Positions 1-12,307 of a stretch of 64,000 nucleotides of DNA are shown here, in pieces (the first letter of the stretch is position 1; each line of letters starts with the position of its first letter). This DNA comes from Amphiscolops sp. MND2022 (Eukaryota): contig OZ076411.1 in assembly GCA_964187785.1 (NCBI GenBank), positions 73,098,001-73,162,000 on the forward strand, read 5' to 3'. The notes under the pieces were generated by a model. It was given only the letters and a program-made list of their open reading frames with translations. It was not told the DNA's origin and ran no database searches. The position numbers were made by a program, and so were the translations under genes.

Positions 1-51
1 CTAGGATCTCAGTTTCAGATCTCTACCGCTGTATCATTTCATGCTGTCTAT

Positions 52-349
52 CAGGTGAACCGAAAAAAATGGTACGCATGAAAATTGTTGAGCTCTCAAA
101 TTTTCAAATATTTCTCAACAAGTGTCAATGAAAACAACAACTCTGAACATTGCATTTCAGTTAGTCAGTCCTTCACTTTGACCACCTTTCTCTGAAGCCA
201 ACGAATTTTCACACATCAGAAGTGTGAACGAAATAAAATGACTGCTAAAGATGTCGAGAAAGTGGAAGGTTATCAGTGTCTTGTTTACTGAATAATTGAG
301 TAATTAAGTGAATATTTCATGCGTTCCGTTTTTTTTTGGTTCACCTAGT
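52..349. mobile_element. Small TIR element (MITE, probably Tc1/mariner-derived)
   Basis: caggtgaaccgaaaaaaatggtacgcatgaaa (52-84) is the near reverse complement of tttcatgcgttccgtttttttttggttcacctag (~316-349); TA follows the right end; no ORF. Confidence 0.6.
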
Positions 350-409
350 ACACTGCAGTTTGACCGTTACTTAAGTCTAATTAACTTAATAATTAAATAA
401 ATAACTTAC

Positions 410-594
410 CTGTCCATGAGCTTGATGAATTGTGAGGCTGCGTGCGAGGTGTCGTGGAACTTGGTGAAGTGTTGCAAGATGGTCCTCTCCTCCTCCCCTG
501 TCGCAATCACCCATGACGTCAGCAGCACGTGACCCTCCTTGTACTTGTAGCCCCGCACGTAGTCTTCATATGGCCAGTTGAGCGAGAGAATTAT
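410..594 (-). CDS. BNC: Basonuclin/disco-family gene, coding exon (IILSLNWPYEDYVRGYKYKEGHVLLTSWVIATGEEERTILQHFTKFHDT...)
   Basis: Minus-strand acceptor tttgcag and donor ag|gtaagt; phase 0 start matches the phase 0 end of the 3250-3473 exon. The peptide resembles the basonuclin segment LGWTLRDYVRGY...W.I...EEE...LQQF.RF (recalled, not searched). Confidence 0.85.
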
Positions 595-2240
595 CTGCAA
601 ATATTATTATCACAATTCTCTTAACTATACAGAAGTGACACATTTTACGATACATTTTTTATGAATTTTAGAAATTCTCCAGAACAAAAACTGAAATTAA
701 TGTCTCGATAACCAGCGATTGGTTAAATTGTTCGCCCAGTAAGCTCGGGTTCCATTCTAGCACAAGACCAAAAAGTTCAAACAGTTCTTCCATTGAACTA
801 AAGTTATATAATTCGGACCCGAACGCTAAATTTGCGCGTCTGCCCAGTTTGAAATTTCGGAGGTTCGAATCTAGCAAATACCGAACTTTCTGCCGTTTGA
901 AATTGAATTGGAATGCTTGAGTTTCCTGATATATCGTATCTAATACAATTTAACTAAAAAAAGAACGCACACTCTTCTCCGGGGTTTAGGAACACGATTG
1001 AAGTTTGAGAGGATTCTTTTGTCGAGAGAGTTTATTGATTATTTCATCAAATGACACATGGTAGCTGACCGAATGTACAAACAGGTGAAAAACAGATTGA
1101 GTTACATACAAAATGCTAGCTCCTCCTTGTTGCTGGGGCAAAATTCCTCGAACATCATCTAAAATCCAGAAAATTACATCGTGGCCGTACCAAGTATGAT
1201 GTTCTGCAAAATGACAATCAAATATGATAACTCATTTTCGTACTCTCAGGATTTTCATTGTTATTGCTGCGAGTTAGTTTTTTTCCGAATAATTGATAAA
1301 ATAATGCGAGATTATCATATTTCTTCGAGCACAATTCAGAAATAGCGCACATTTTCAAATCGTGATTCTTCAATTATTTTTCGGGCAGAAGGCGTTTCTG
1401 ATGTCCTTCATGTATGAAAGAATATTTGAATTCGTACTCGTTGCCCTGCTCGGGCTTACAAACTTGTTTGCATTTTACAGCGAACGTAATTGGTAAGTTG
1501 TTTACAAACGGTAGAAAAAACATATAATTTGGAGGTACAACTCAAGTTCATCAATTTTAGTTTATGACGATTTGGGTACACACGAAACTCTACCCCCAAT
1601 TGTTTTTCTTGCGTTCACTTTAGACTCTTACAAACTAGAAGTGAGTGATATTCGTCCGCCAGCCCTCTCTCGTTGCGAAATAAACAATGCATTTCGGTTG
1701 TTCTTAAAAGCTTTTGTCTGTTTTTATTCATTCTTAAGGAAGCACGTCGGAACATATTCAACCATATCCAGTGAGGTTGTCTCAAGTTGATAAGAGGTTT
1801 TTCTATGCCGTAACTGGATTTGTACAAAAAGTATATTTTACAAAGACTGTTCTCGTGCAAGGACCCCACAATTGTGCTTTCAAAAATCTCATTAAGTGTG
1901 GTTCTGATGTCTCTGTGGGATAATCAAATACTGCTGGTTTGCCACACGTATTAGATTTTTCTGTATTCTTTCAAGCCACATGTCAGTCATTCTACTGGAT
2001 TTAATGCTGTTATTGAGATTGAAATACCTCATTTGTGTCGGAGTTGTTTTCCAGAATCCAATCATTCTATGCCAAACTACATACCGGATTTAAAACGTTC
2101 GACTAGTAATTTTGTTTATATTTTGAAAGATCTGCATTGTATTTTTATTCTCAACACTCATTGCGTGTTTAAGGCCACCGGGTTCTTTATCAAAATTTTC
2201 TTTGTAAGAATTTGAGACGGTTTTGTGAACGAATGTTTTT

Positions 2241-2548
2241 AGTCGGCGCTTTTCCTGAGAAAAGTGCCCTACTATTACAGTGAGTAGTTTTTTTCGTCGA
2301 ACCACAGAGCTCACCCTGTATGTACCACACTTTAGTACAGATTTTAATCGGTTTAGGGGAACCCAGCGGTCGCGTATTCGAGTCCTTGCTTCAGTCAGAA
2401 ATTTTTTCGTGTATTGGGGAAACATTAAATCCGAACTATATTGCGTTTTACCGGTAAAGAATGCGGAAGTTCGAAAACAGGACTTTTCCATGAAAACGTC
2501 CTATATTATAAAAACTGCGCATTTTGAGCTTAAGATATAGCGCCGACT
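2241..2548 (+). mobile_element. Non-autonomous Helentron-like element, family 2 (AGTCGGCGC subTIRs)
   Basis: tttt-agtcggcgc ... gcgccgact termini; ends homologous to the copies at 54675-55152 and 55910-56339 in opposite orientation. Confidence 0.55.
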
Positions 2549-3249
2549 TCAAAATATAGCGCCGAAATGGTTCAGAAGTATCAAGAGTTGCCTTCTCTCA
2601 AGAAACTTTTAAATTCTCGAGCCCAAAATCGTCAACATCGGTCGTGACGGCTTTTCTATGTAACAGGGTAGTCAATCTGGGTCGCAATTCTACTCGCATT
2701 TGAACGGTGTTTCACATATGTCAAACTATTTTGCTCCGGAGAGCTATCTTTGCCCGTAAAAGTTCTTTGTCCTACGATACGAAAAACGCCGAAGTGCCAC
2801 TGTGCCGTTTTTCACAAATTAAGAGATATGTGAAACCAATTATGGCCTGGTCCAATCAGCGATGCACATGAACACGATGTATTTGAATAAAAACAGACAA
2901 AAACTATTGAATAAAATCTCTCTACCACCAATTAGCGCTGTACAAAAAACTCACAAACTGAAAACAATGATGTTTGTAAGAATAAGACAACATTTCATCG
3001 TATTTTAAACTAGAATCTTATCTTCTTCCGATATCAAATTTTAAATGAAGGTGTTGTTCGAATAACTTCATTGCCTTTTTGTTTAACAGACCTGTTGAAT
3101 AGGAACCTCGAGAAACCCTGTTGAGTAAAAATATCAATTCCAATATATCCTGCTGCGCAAATAACTATATTGCCATGTTGAGATAGTAAACATTAAAATG
3201 GTAGTTGCATCGTTTCAAATTAAAAATAAATTTCAGTGGGAACTCTAAC

Positions 3250-3473
3250 CTGGAGCACTTCGTTGTGTCTGAGTTTGGCGAACAGTTTGTCGAGCAGAAT
3301 TTTGAGTTTGATGGGCACGGCTTGCGCCCCGTACAGAATGAGGGAGGCCACATCGAAAACTATGTCGACATGCAGAGGTTCCGGGATGAGGTACTCCGCT
3401 ATTCCCTGCAACAGCTTGTCCACTGCATGAGTCACCCACCCGTGTCCACACTCCCCACACAGTCTCTGATTGG
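3250..3473 (-). CDS. BNC: Basonuclin/disco-family gene, coding exon (NQRLCGECGHGWVTHAVDKL...IVFDVASLILYGAQAVPIKLKILLDKLF...)
   Basis: GC-rich island; acceptor ttttcag, donor cag|gttaga; 224 bp, phase 1 to phase 0. Closely matches the basonuclin N-terminal motif C..C.HGWV.HA.DKL...VFDISSLMLYGTQA.PVRLKILLDRLF (recalled). Confidence 0.9.
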
Positions 3474-6400
3474 CTGAAAACAAAAGTCTTGGTCTTGTTC
3501 CCATTTCTCTACTGAAATCATGCTGCTCAACCTCTATAGAATACCTGCTTTATTGAAAGCTTATATGCAAATTTATTTGAAACTTATATGAAGCTCATAA
3601 AAAATACTTGATTGTTTTCGACCAAACGTTTACAGGCCATGGGTTTCCTCCATCCATGATTCATTCATGATTCATGGGTTCGCCATGCCGAGAATCATTC
3701 CAAGATGACCATGGATAAAAGCGCCTTAATTTTCTTTTATTTTGGTAGAAGAGATGCTCTTAAACTTCACTAAAAGAAAATATTACATCATTATATATCA
3801 TGTAAGAAAATCCAATTCGGGGTTTGGAGAGAGTTTTACCTCCAATTGGAAGCCTAGCAGAAAGAAAGGTTGTTTTAGTGAAATAGCCAATTCTTTTGTT
3901 GTTACTGTCAATTTCTCTCTCCAGATAATACTCTTTCGGCTCACGACTATCAACTCACGGGAATGCAGCTTGCAATATTTCAATTGAATATAAGGATTAT
4001 AGCTATAAATCTGGGCGAATAAATTCATCAAACACTATATACAACTCCCAGTAAAAAAGATACAATCACAATCGAATCCCGATTCAGCCAGGTACGTTAG
4101 GCGCAATTCAATCTTGTTGAAATTCCAACTTCAACCAAATCACAAGTCCCGGACTTGTCAGCAAATCTACTGAGCTATCGACAACGTAATCTTCTAGAAG
4201 TGTCTCTTGTCTCCGCGAGACTCAACTTTCATCTAGCTCTTTTACACGGTTGTCGAGAAGCGCTAGTGTTAATCCGAACAAGTATCCTGTCTCCACGAGA
4301 CTCGTGGACTTGATCACAGCGTTCTAACTCGGTTCTGGCTGTTCAGATATTTTCCAATTTTGCCTTAATTATATTTGTTCACCGGCCGCATTTTTGTTGT
4401 ACCCATGTCGCTCTTTTATTTGCATGCTTTTGACTTCATGTAGTTTCATTCCTTTTATGGCATGGCAGCGCCCTAGTTATATTTCGGCCAGACAGACTTC
4501 CCCGCCAACGAAAAATATTTCAACAATGGTTGTACAAAGTTCGCATTTCAATATAGTTCAAGTCACCCGAGATATTCCTAGTATCGAGACAATCGTTCAA
4601 TGACCATCAATTACATGGTTTACATGCTCTCTATGTGTAAGGAGTACTTTTCTCTTATTCTGAGCGCATAATCTCTCGCCTGACTAAAATGCATAAATTA
4701 TCACGCAACGGCGCTGATTTACATGTTTTACCGTAAGTTCTTCCATATGTCCAGCGATTGCATCTGAAATGACCTTGAGGTCCATCGGCGACTTTGAAGT
4801 TATTTGTCCTCATCCAAAGTTGCCACATGCCACGTTATATCGTCCTAGGGTCAATGGTTCCCGAGTTACATGATATGCGAATCGTTTGTTTACTTAGGGC
4901 GGTTACCCCCGCATGGGTTACAAATACGATTCCATTCTTGTTAATAATCGACTACATGGATCATTCTGGTTCGGTTGAGATATTACAAGCCAAGGTCAAC
5001 GTCTTTTATCGGTCGGGCCCCTGCGTCTGGTCCCGCGTGCCCTAAACAAACCTTACTCCGCGCGTGGTGGACCGATTAATGTATCTTTCATGTATTTTAC
5101 TTAGGGTTGGTAGGTGAACATCTTAGACAAGTTTCATGATCCTATCCTCCGGTAATCTGTTGGCTACTTACATAACAATCGGGGTTTGTTTACACAGGGT
5201 CCGTGCTCCTCCTACGCACGCCGTAGGTTTCCAAAATATGCGTAAAGGGTCTACTATCCTATGAGCTCTCAATTCCATACATTAAATGACTTATTCCTTG
5301 CTCCGCCGACGAGTTCGTAGGGGGGTCGACCCAGGTCACTTCCGGTGCTAATAGCTCGGGGCTGGTGGTATCGGTTCGGTTCCGTTTTTATAAATTGGTA
5401 GCATGACAGCTCAGGTATTAGTGTGCCAAATGTCAGGTCTCTACGATTAATAGTATCTGAGAAAAACCGTTTGGGGGGGGGGTTGAAGCTTTGTCACGCT
5501 TGGATTTTCTGGGTGGTATCTTAGAATATTTTCGACCAAAAGTGGGACTTGGTAAAATTCGCTTTCGGGGATCAACTCTGACTTAGCCTATTCAAAACAT
5601 TTCATTGTCGATGTCACTCACTAACTCGTTAATTCTACCTAAGAACTTTCGTTAACAAGTAAATGCCTAGTTTGTCAAATAAGTACTATCAAAACGCTTT
5701 TGTCAGCCTTTTCAGCTGTTTTAACTATTCCGGCGGTCTAAAAACGTGATTAACATAATTCTGTCGATCGTATGTACTTCGCGCAAAGGCAATGGATTTT
5801 TGTAGACGCCAAAAACTAAAATTTCCACATATCAATATACATCCTTATAATCATAAATATTGAATAATAAGATCCTATCAAAATAAGGTCGAAAATGGTC
5901 TTCAAATAAAAACATCGAGAATCCACAAACATTGGTTCAGTTGAAATTTTCGAATACATCATTTTTCTACTGATTTCAATTTTTTGAAAATTTTTGTTCA
6001 AATTTTCAGTCCATTTATGATCAAAGGATGCTAGTACCTGCCAAGCCTACTTATTCAACCATCCTTTTTGACTTTGAACCCTTCCGTCAAAACTCTTCAG
6101 TTTCACTCCAACACATTACTGAAAACCTGACATGAATTGAATCTTGAATTGAAACTCCAATGCCTATTATAGCACATGAAACGTCTTGGAAAATTGATGC
6201 TGAATCCCATGGAATAACAGCGATTGCGCCTCCCTTGCTGAATATACTGGGAAGTTTTACATTCAATTATTTCATTCATTTTGCATTCATCATTTTGGAA
6301 GTTTCATTCAAGTAAAATATTTCCCTTATGCAACGCTATTTCTTCAGGTATCTATTAGGACTTCTATGCAATTTGGCGCATTTTCAGAGCAACATCAAGG

Positions 6401-7578
6401 TTGTTAAGGAAATATTCCGCGAAACTTTGCTGATATTCGCTGGCAAAACCTCAATTTTTATAGAAGCAGCCGCAACAATTTGGCGCGAACAAATAGTCTA
6501 CGTTTCTCAGTGTGGCGAACCTATTCGTAAATCTGTAATTGCACGAAAGCTTTTGAAAATCGCAAAATTCATCATTTTCCCAGTTGGGCGCAAAAAAGTC
6601 AATGCCGAAGGTCTAAAACCTAAAAAACTAGAACTATTACTTGCGTGTACGGGCATTTTCGTTTGAAGTCTTCGTAGAGAATGAAAAATAATCAAAATTT
6701 TGAAAAAATCGAATTCAAGGAAATTAGCCAGTTTTCGGGAGTTCATTTTAGGCATGAACATCGTTTGCGGCGAGTGTGAATAACGTCTGAGGACTAACTA
6801 ACATCTAAATTCAAAACGGGAAGAAAGTCGTCTGATGCCAATGCATGCTCATTCCCTATCTTAATATATAATCCCACTTCAATACAGATTTTTGCTATTC
6901 GAAAGTGTTTTGATGTTTCACTTTAAAAAATATATATTTCAGAAAATATTCAGTTTACTCCATTTTCATTAGTTCTGATTATCAACTTTCAGTTCTAGCG
7001 ATAAAAGTAGCATTTGGTGAGATGAGCCAGCAATTTTCTGAACATTTGCTTTTCGAACTTTTGCTTATTGAACTCCTTGACAACTGCTCCAAGGTGCTTC
7101 AATAGTTTCATAGCTTGCAGAGTCTTTGTCGAAGCACAGTGACATGCTGACTGGATTTTCTAGGATGCAGGGAAATTTCTCGCGCGCAGTCTGAAATTTC
7201 AAGGTTTTCCATAAACTTACACTGCATGCATGCCTGCAGCATTTAAAAAGTTCGGGCAATATCGGCTAGGGTTGGTTGATTCGCGCTTGTTTTCGACTCA
7301 GATTAAAATGATTAGTTCTTTCGAGATTTGAAATCTGTCTGATTGAATTGCAATTCATTGTTTTTTTCCAAATCCCTATTTATAGCCAACAACGGGCATT
7401 CGTTTTGTCTAAACCAGTTCGGCCTTCCGGATCTGTTACGGTCCGGTTTCTAGTCGGCGCATTTCGAAGAAAAGAACCGACTATAGCCGTGGCTTTTTTT
7501 CAAGACCAACCAACTGACAGATTTCTAGAAGCAACTCTATAAACTAGTCTATTCAAGTCAAGTAAGTATTACTGCCAA

Positions 7579-7655
7579 TGGGCCCAATGGTTAACGCGGA
7601 TTCGTGTTCCGGGTGGTAAAGTCTGAGAAACAGGAGTACGTGGGTTCGAGTCTCG
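7579..7655 (+). repeat. tRNA-derived SINE-like head / tRNA pseudogene
   Basis: A-box-like tggcccaatggttaacgcg and B-box ggttcgagtc; related copy on the minus strand at 21890-21965. I could not fold a clean cloverleaf. Confidence 0.5.
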
Positions 7656-7697
7656 AAAAAATTATGTTTGCAAACGTAGAGGTGAGACCTGAGGGTC

Positions 7698-8030
7698 TCA
7701 GCACCTTTCTGTTTTGAATCACAAATAAACAGGTAACTTTCAACATATTCAAGTAAAAATGTGTGAAAAAAGGAAAAACTATTCCAACAGAAGTTAATTT
7801 AATGTTATGCAAAAAAATTCACTTCGAATTGAACTAGTTAAGAAAGTTTTTGTAAATTTCTGTCAAAAAAAATTGATGGTGGGGGTATAACAGAAAAGAG
7901 CCATAATTAGAAACACTAACCGATAAAAGCTATTTCGGTTGCTTGCTAACCCAGTTTCTTTTGTGTTTCAGTGCGTTTCAATTTTTGCAATCAGGGTTTT
8001 GGCATGGCTAATTTTTCCTCTGATTGCAAA
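7698..8030. repeat. Left arm of a ~340-bp inverted repeat
   Basis: Reverse complement of 9708-10063 over its full length, with scattered mismatches and a ~22-bp duplication in the right arm. Confidence 0.8.
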
Positions 8031-8678
8031 TCCCCCCTTTGGGATTTTTTCGGCACTACACGACTTTTTATCTGAGTTTTACCAAAATCCCCTCAATCAA
8101 CTATTAGCAGACAAAAACGTTTTACGTGCAGAGAGGGCCATTTTGAATTCTTAGGCACTATGCGACTTACCGAAGAAGTAAAAAATGAAAGAAACTTCGA
8201 ACGTTCGGAAACACTTTTCCACACAATTTTAGCTTTTTTAGTAAAAATTTGTTTTTTTCTGTAAAATTTCAGTTTTTTGTAAAAGAAAACCGTTTTCCCA
8301 GTCTTAACTGGCTTTTCTGATTGTTTGGTCCTTTGGAACGAATGAGTTTTTCAATAATTGAGGAAATGACCTACGGTTTTTTCGGCAATGTGCGAGTTTT
8401 CGTCGAAAAAATTTCCATTTTGTCAGAGGGTACCTACCCCCTTTACATTCATATATGATTCCGACCTGGAAAAAAGTTTGGCGAGCTTAATGCTTTTTTT
8501 CGGCACTTTCGAAAAAGTATTCAATTTTGAAAAATTCATTTTGATATTTCCCGTTGGAAAAAACGGATTTTAGTCTAATGGGTGTCCCTTAGTGTTTCTG
8601 GTTCTATTTTTTTCCGGTTCGGAATATGGGGGATGCTTAAAAACTTTCATAGCTTGATGAAAAACATAAGTAATAAAA

Positions 8679-9363
8679 CCAGAGCCGCATATGCGGTAAA
8701 GGAGTCGGCTTAAGTCTTTTTCCTTCTGACTCGCTTTCGTTCGAATCGTATGAACAGTTTGTGAGAAAATCAAAAAAATCGAAAAATGACTGTTATTTTG
8801 GCCATTTTTGGGCTAAATTTGGCTATGTTTCTCACATCTCAGCCATACGAATTTAATGAAATTGCACATAAAGGACCATAATATGGTGTAGAATGACTGT
8901 AGAAAATTTTGTTCGTATCGTATCGACATTTTTTGAGAAAATCGAAAAAAGTCGAAAAATGGCTGTTTTTTGGCCATTTTTGGGCTAATTTTGGCTATGT
9001 TTCTCACATCTCAGCCATACGATTTTGATGCCATTGCACATATAGGACTCTAATATGGTGTAGAATAACTGTAGAAAATTTCGTTCGAATCGTATGGACA
9101 GTTTTTGAGAAAAGCGAAAAAAGTCGAAAAATGGCTGTTTTTTGGCCATTTTTGGGCTAATTTTGGCTATGTTTCTCTTATCCCAGCCATACAATTTTGA
9201 TGCCTTTGCACACGCAGGGGCCCTTTTGGGTGTAGAATGACTGTGCAAAATTTCGTGAAAATCGTATGGACAGCTTTTGAGAAATTTGAAATTTTCATGA
9301 AAAGGTCGGGAGAAAAAAAAACAGCACGATTGCATAAGTCGTCGAAAATTTTTTCCGACTCCT
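8679..9363 (-). mobile_element. Non-autonomous Helentron-like element, family 1, with three 172-bp internal tandem repeats
   Basis: Minus strand reads tttt-aggagtcgg (subTIR), inner partial IR cgacgact, 172-bp monomers, ccgactcct (subTIR), hairpin ccgc-atat-gcgg, then ctctggtttt. Confidence 0.7.
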
Positions 9364-9707
9364 AAAAAATAAAAAACACAGACTACTTTCAATATTGAAA
9401 TTTCTTAATTGCAGACAGAGTTTTAAGACTGCAATTTAGTGGAACAGCGCCCTCGCAGGATTTTTCATCGATTTCATAAGCGATTCAATATAACGGCAAC
9501 AAAAGAATGTCCAAAACGAAAATTTCCTGCAAAGATATTCGGAGTTTCAAAAAATCCAAGCCTTATTCTTTTAGAATCCACACAGTGTAAAAAATTCCAG
9601 ATTGTTTTCTTGCAAAAAACTAAATTTGACCATCATTCAGTTTTGCAATAAACTTGAATTCAAAGATATAAAAGTTTAGAGACCAACTTTTTCAGCAAAA
9701 TAGCGGT

Positions 9708-10063
9708 TTTGCAATCAGCGGAAAAATTAGCCATGTCAAAACCCTGATTGCAATGTATTTGAAACGCACTGAAACACAAAAGGAACTGCTGAAACACAAA
9801 AGAAACTGTGTTAGCAAGCAACCGAAATAGCTTTTATCGGTTAGTGTTTCTAATTATGGCTCTTTTCTGTTATACCCCCACCATCAAATTTTTTTGACAT
9901 AAATTTACAAAAACTTTCTTAAATAGTTGAATTCGAAGCAAAATTTTTTGCTTAACATTAAATTAACTTCTAATGGAATAGTTTTTCCTTTTTTCACACA
10001 TTTTTACTGTGAATATGTTGAAAGTTAACTGTTTATTTGTGATTCCAAACAAAAAGGTGCTGA
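9708..10063. repeat. Right arm of the ~340-bp inverted repeat; overlaps a MITE-like element (~9855-10255)
   Basis: See left arm 7698-8030. Part of the sequence is also related to 25365-25735. Confidence 0.75.
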
Positions 10064-10382
10064 AATTTCAACAAAGAATGCGTGACTTCATCAGGAAATA
10101 TAGTGTGAACAAAGTTTGTATCTCAATTCTAAACTGTCATCCTGGTAATAAATATAAAAGTAAAGGTATCTTACTTAGTCCTAAGTCTTTTTATTTCAGT
10201 ATTTTCACAAATTTTTCTCAAAAAATTAGTTGGTGGGGGGACAGAAAAAACCCTAATTATTATTTTCCGTCCCCACAATTTATCGTATAGGGAGAGGAAT
10301 ATCACTATTTGCGTAGCGTTTTTTACAAATTCTGCCAAATCTCCACTTTATTACTTCAATTAGTTTGTGCAAATATTAGTCA

Positions 10383-10530
10383 CCATGGCCCAGTTGGCAG
10401 TGCGTCCGCCTGGAGAACAGGAAGTAGTGCGTTCGAACCCTGGCTGGAGCATGAAATTTTTGTGGCGGGAACTTTCCGCTGCTTAGCGGGCATCTTGATT
10501 CATCTTTATGTGAGTATTGTGCAATCAGGC
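10383..10530 (+). repeat. tRNA-derived SINE-like element
   Basis: A-box tggcccagttgg (10386) and B-box gttcgaaccc (10431-10440); shares the gagaacagg motif with the 7579 copy. 3' end is uncertain. Confidence 0.5.
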
Positions 10531-10534
10531 CAAC

Positions 10535-10667
10535 CTTGAGATGAAGTGAAGTTGCAGCAGCCACAGCCGACAGCCGTGCATCTGAGACCAGTCAGGGCAT
10601 CATTGGCCCCAAAAAAGTGCCCCCCGCTGCAGTTCATTACACTGGTGACGTCACTCCAGCTGCTCGC
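10535..10667 (-). CDS. BNC: Basonuclin/disco-family gene, coding exon (ASSWSDVTSVMNCSGGHFFGANDALTGLRCTAVGCGCCNFTSSQ)
   Basis: Acceptor tttttag, donor caag|gttggc; 133 bp ending in phase 1, which joins the 3473 exon to give LRCTAVGCGCCNFTSSQANQRLCGECGHGWVTH, the basonuclin RC....C.C..F.......R.C..C.HGWV.H motif. The other two frames contain stops. Confidence 0.85.
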
Positions 10668-10738
10668 CTAAAAATTAGCAATCAACTTCAATGTCAACTC
10701 TTACAGTACACACATGGTCTTCATGCCTGGAATGAAAA

Positions 10739-11897
10739 CCAGAGCCGCATATGCGGTAAAGGAGTCGGCTTACTGACTCGCTTTCGTTCGAATCGTATGA
10801 ACAGTTTGTGAAAAAATCGAAAAAATCGAAAAATGACTGTTTTTTGGCCATTTTGGGCTAAATTTGGCTATGTTTCTCACATCCCAGCAATACGAATTTA
10901 ATGAAATTGCACATAAAGGACCATAGTATGGTGTAGAATGACTGTAGAAAATTTTGTTCGTATCGTATCGACAGTTTTTGAGAAAATCGAAAAAAGTCAA
11001 AAAATGGCTGTTTTTTGGCCACTTTTGGGCTAATTTTGGCTATGTTTCTCACATCCAGGCCATACGATTTTGATGCCTTTTCACACGCAGGGGCCCCTTT
11101 GGGTGTAGAATGACTGTGCAAAATTTCGTGAAAATCGTATGGACAGTTTTTGAGAAATTTGAATGTTTCATGAAAAGGTCGGGAGAAAAAAAAACAAAAA
11201 AAACAGAGCCGCATATGCGGTAAAGGAGTCGGCTTAAGTCTTTTTCTTTCTGACTCGCTCTCGTTCGAATCGTATGAACAGTTTGTGAGAAAATCGAAAA
11301 AATCGAAAAATGACTGTTTTTTGGCCATTTTGGGCTAAATTTGGCTATGTTTCTCACATCCCAGCAATACGAATTTAATGAAATTGCACATAAAGGACCA
11401 TAGTATGGTGTAGAATGACTGTAGAAAATTTTGTTCGTATCGTATCGACAGTTTTTGAGAAAATCGAAAAAAGTCGAAAAATGGCTGTTTTTTTACCCAT
11501 TTTTGGGCTAATTTTGGCTATGTTTCTCACATCTCAGCCATACGATTTTGATGCCATTGCACATATAGGACTCTAATATGGTGTAGAATAACTGTAGAAA
11601 ATTTCGTTCGAATCGTATGGACAGTTTTTGAGAAAATCGAAAAAAGTCGAAAAATGGCTGTTTTTTTGGCCATTTTTGGGCTAATTTTGGCTATGTTTCT
11701 CACATCCAGGCCATACGATTTTGATGCCTTTGCACACGCAGGGGCCCCTTTGGGTGTAGAATGACTGTGCAAAATTTTGTGAAAATCGTATGGACAGTTT
11801 TTGAGAAATTTGAAATTTTCTTGAAAAGGTCGGGAGAAAAAAAAACAAAAAAAAACAGCACGATTGCATAAGTAGTCGAAAATTTTTTCCGACTCCT
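10739..11897 (-). mobile_element. Head-to-tail dimer of the family 1 Helentron-like element (2 + 3 monomers of 172 bp)
   Basis: Hairpin/subTIR end at 10739 and again at ~11204; single opposite end ccgactcct at 11889-11897. Confidence 0.7.
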
Positions 11898-12307
11898 AAA
11901 AAACTATTTCACTTTAGTATCGAAAATATCTAAACGAACGGTGCTGAACACGTTGGAACCAGTTCAGCATTCTCTACCCGAAGCCCGGCCCGAGCCCGTT
12001 TCAAAAATTCTAACACGACCCGATATTTTAGAACAATTTTATTACCTGACGAAACTAACCGAAAACGAATTTGATAGCCGAAAGTAAATTGTAAATGATA
12101 ATCAGGTATAGGCAATTAAATAGATTTGGTGTCGGGTCACAAGTCCGAAAGAATAAAATTAAATTTTTATCGTCCAATAAGATTTCAGAAATCCAGCATA
12201 AGAAATACTTAGCACTGTATAATTCTCTGCAATCTGATTGGCTGACGCGGGCAGACCGGAACGAAGTCCGTTCAAAGATTTTAAAAATGAATTTTTCAAT
12301 TTCCCCT

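Noticed and set aside
1090-1204. Possible extra minus-strand exon (HHTWYGHDVIFWILDDVRG...) after a good acceptor
   Set aside because: It starts in phase 1 while the flanking basonuclin exons join in phase 0, and the protein is collinear with basonuclin without it.
1307-1493. Hydrophobic plus-strand reading frame ending at a gtaagt donor-like site
   Set aside because: No partner exons or recognisable homology; such frames are common in AT-rich DNA.
1711-2904. 20-bp inverted match (both read NKNRQKLL) at ~1711-1732 and ~2885-2904
   Set aside because: Similarity does not extend beyond the A-rich core; chance or a very old repeat.
4080-5450. Higher-GC block that may be a decayed retroelement
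   Set aside because: All frames are broken and no diagnostic motif is unambiguous.
8570-11869. Repetitive ORFs such as MAKKQPFFDFFRFSQK... in the ORF track
   Set aside because: Translations of the 172-bp tandem repeat; frames differ between monomers.
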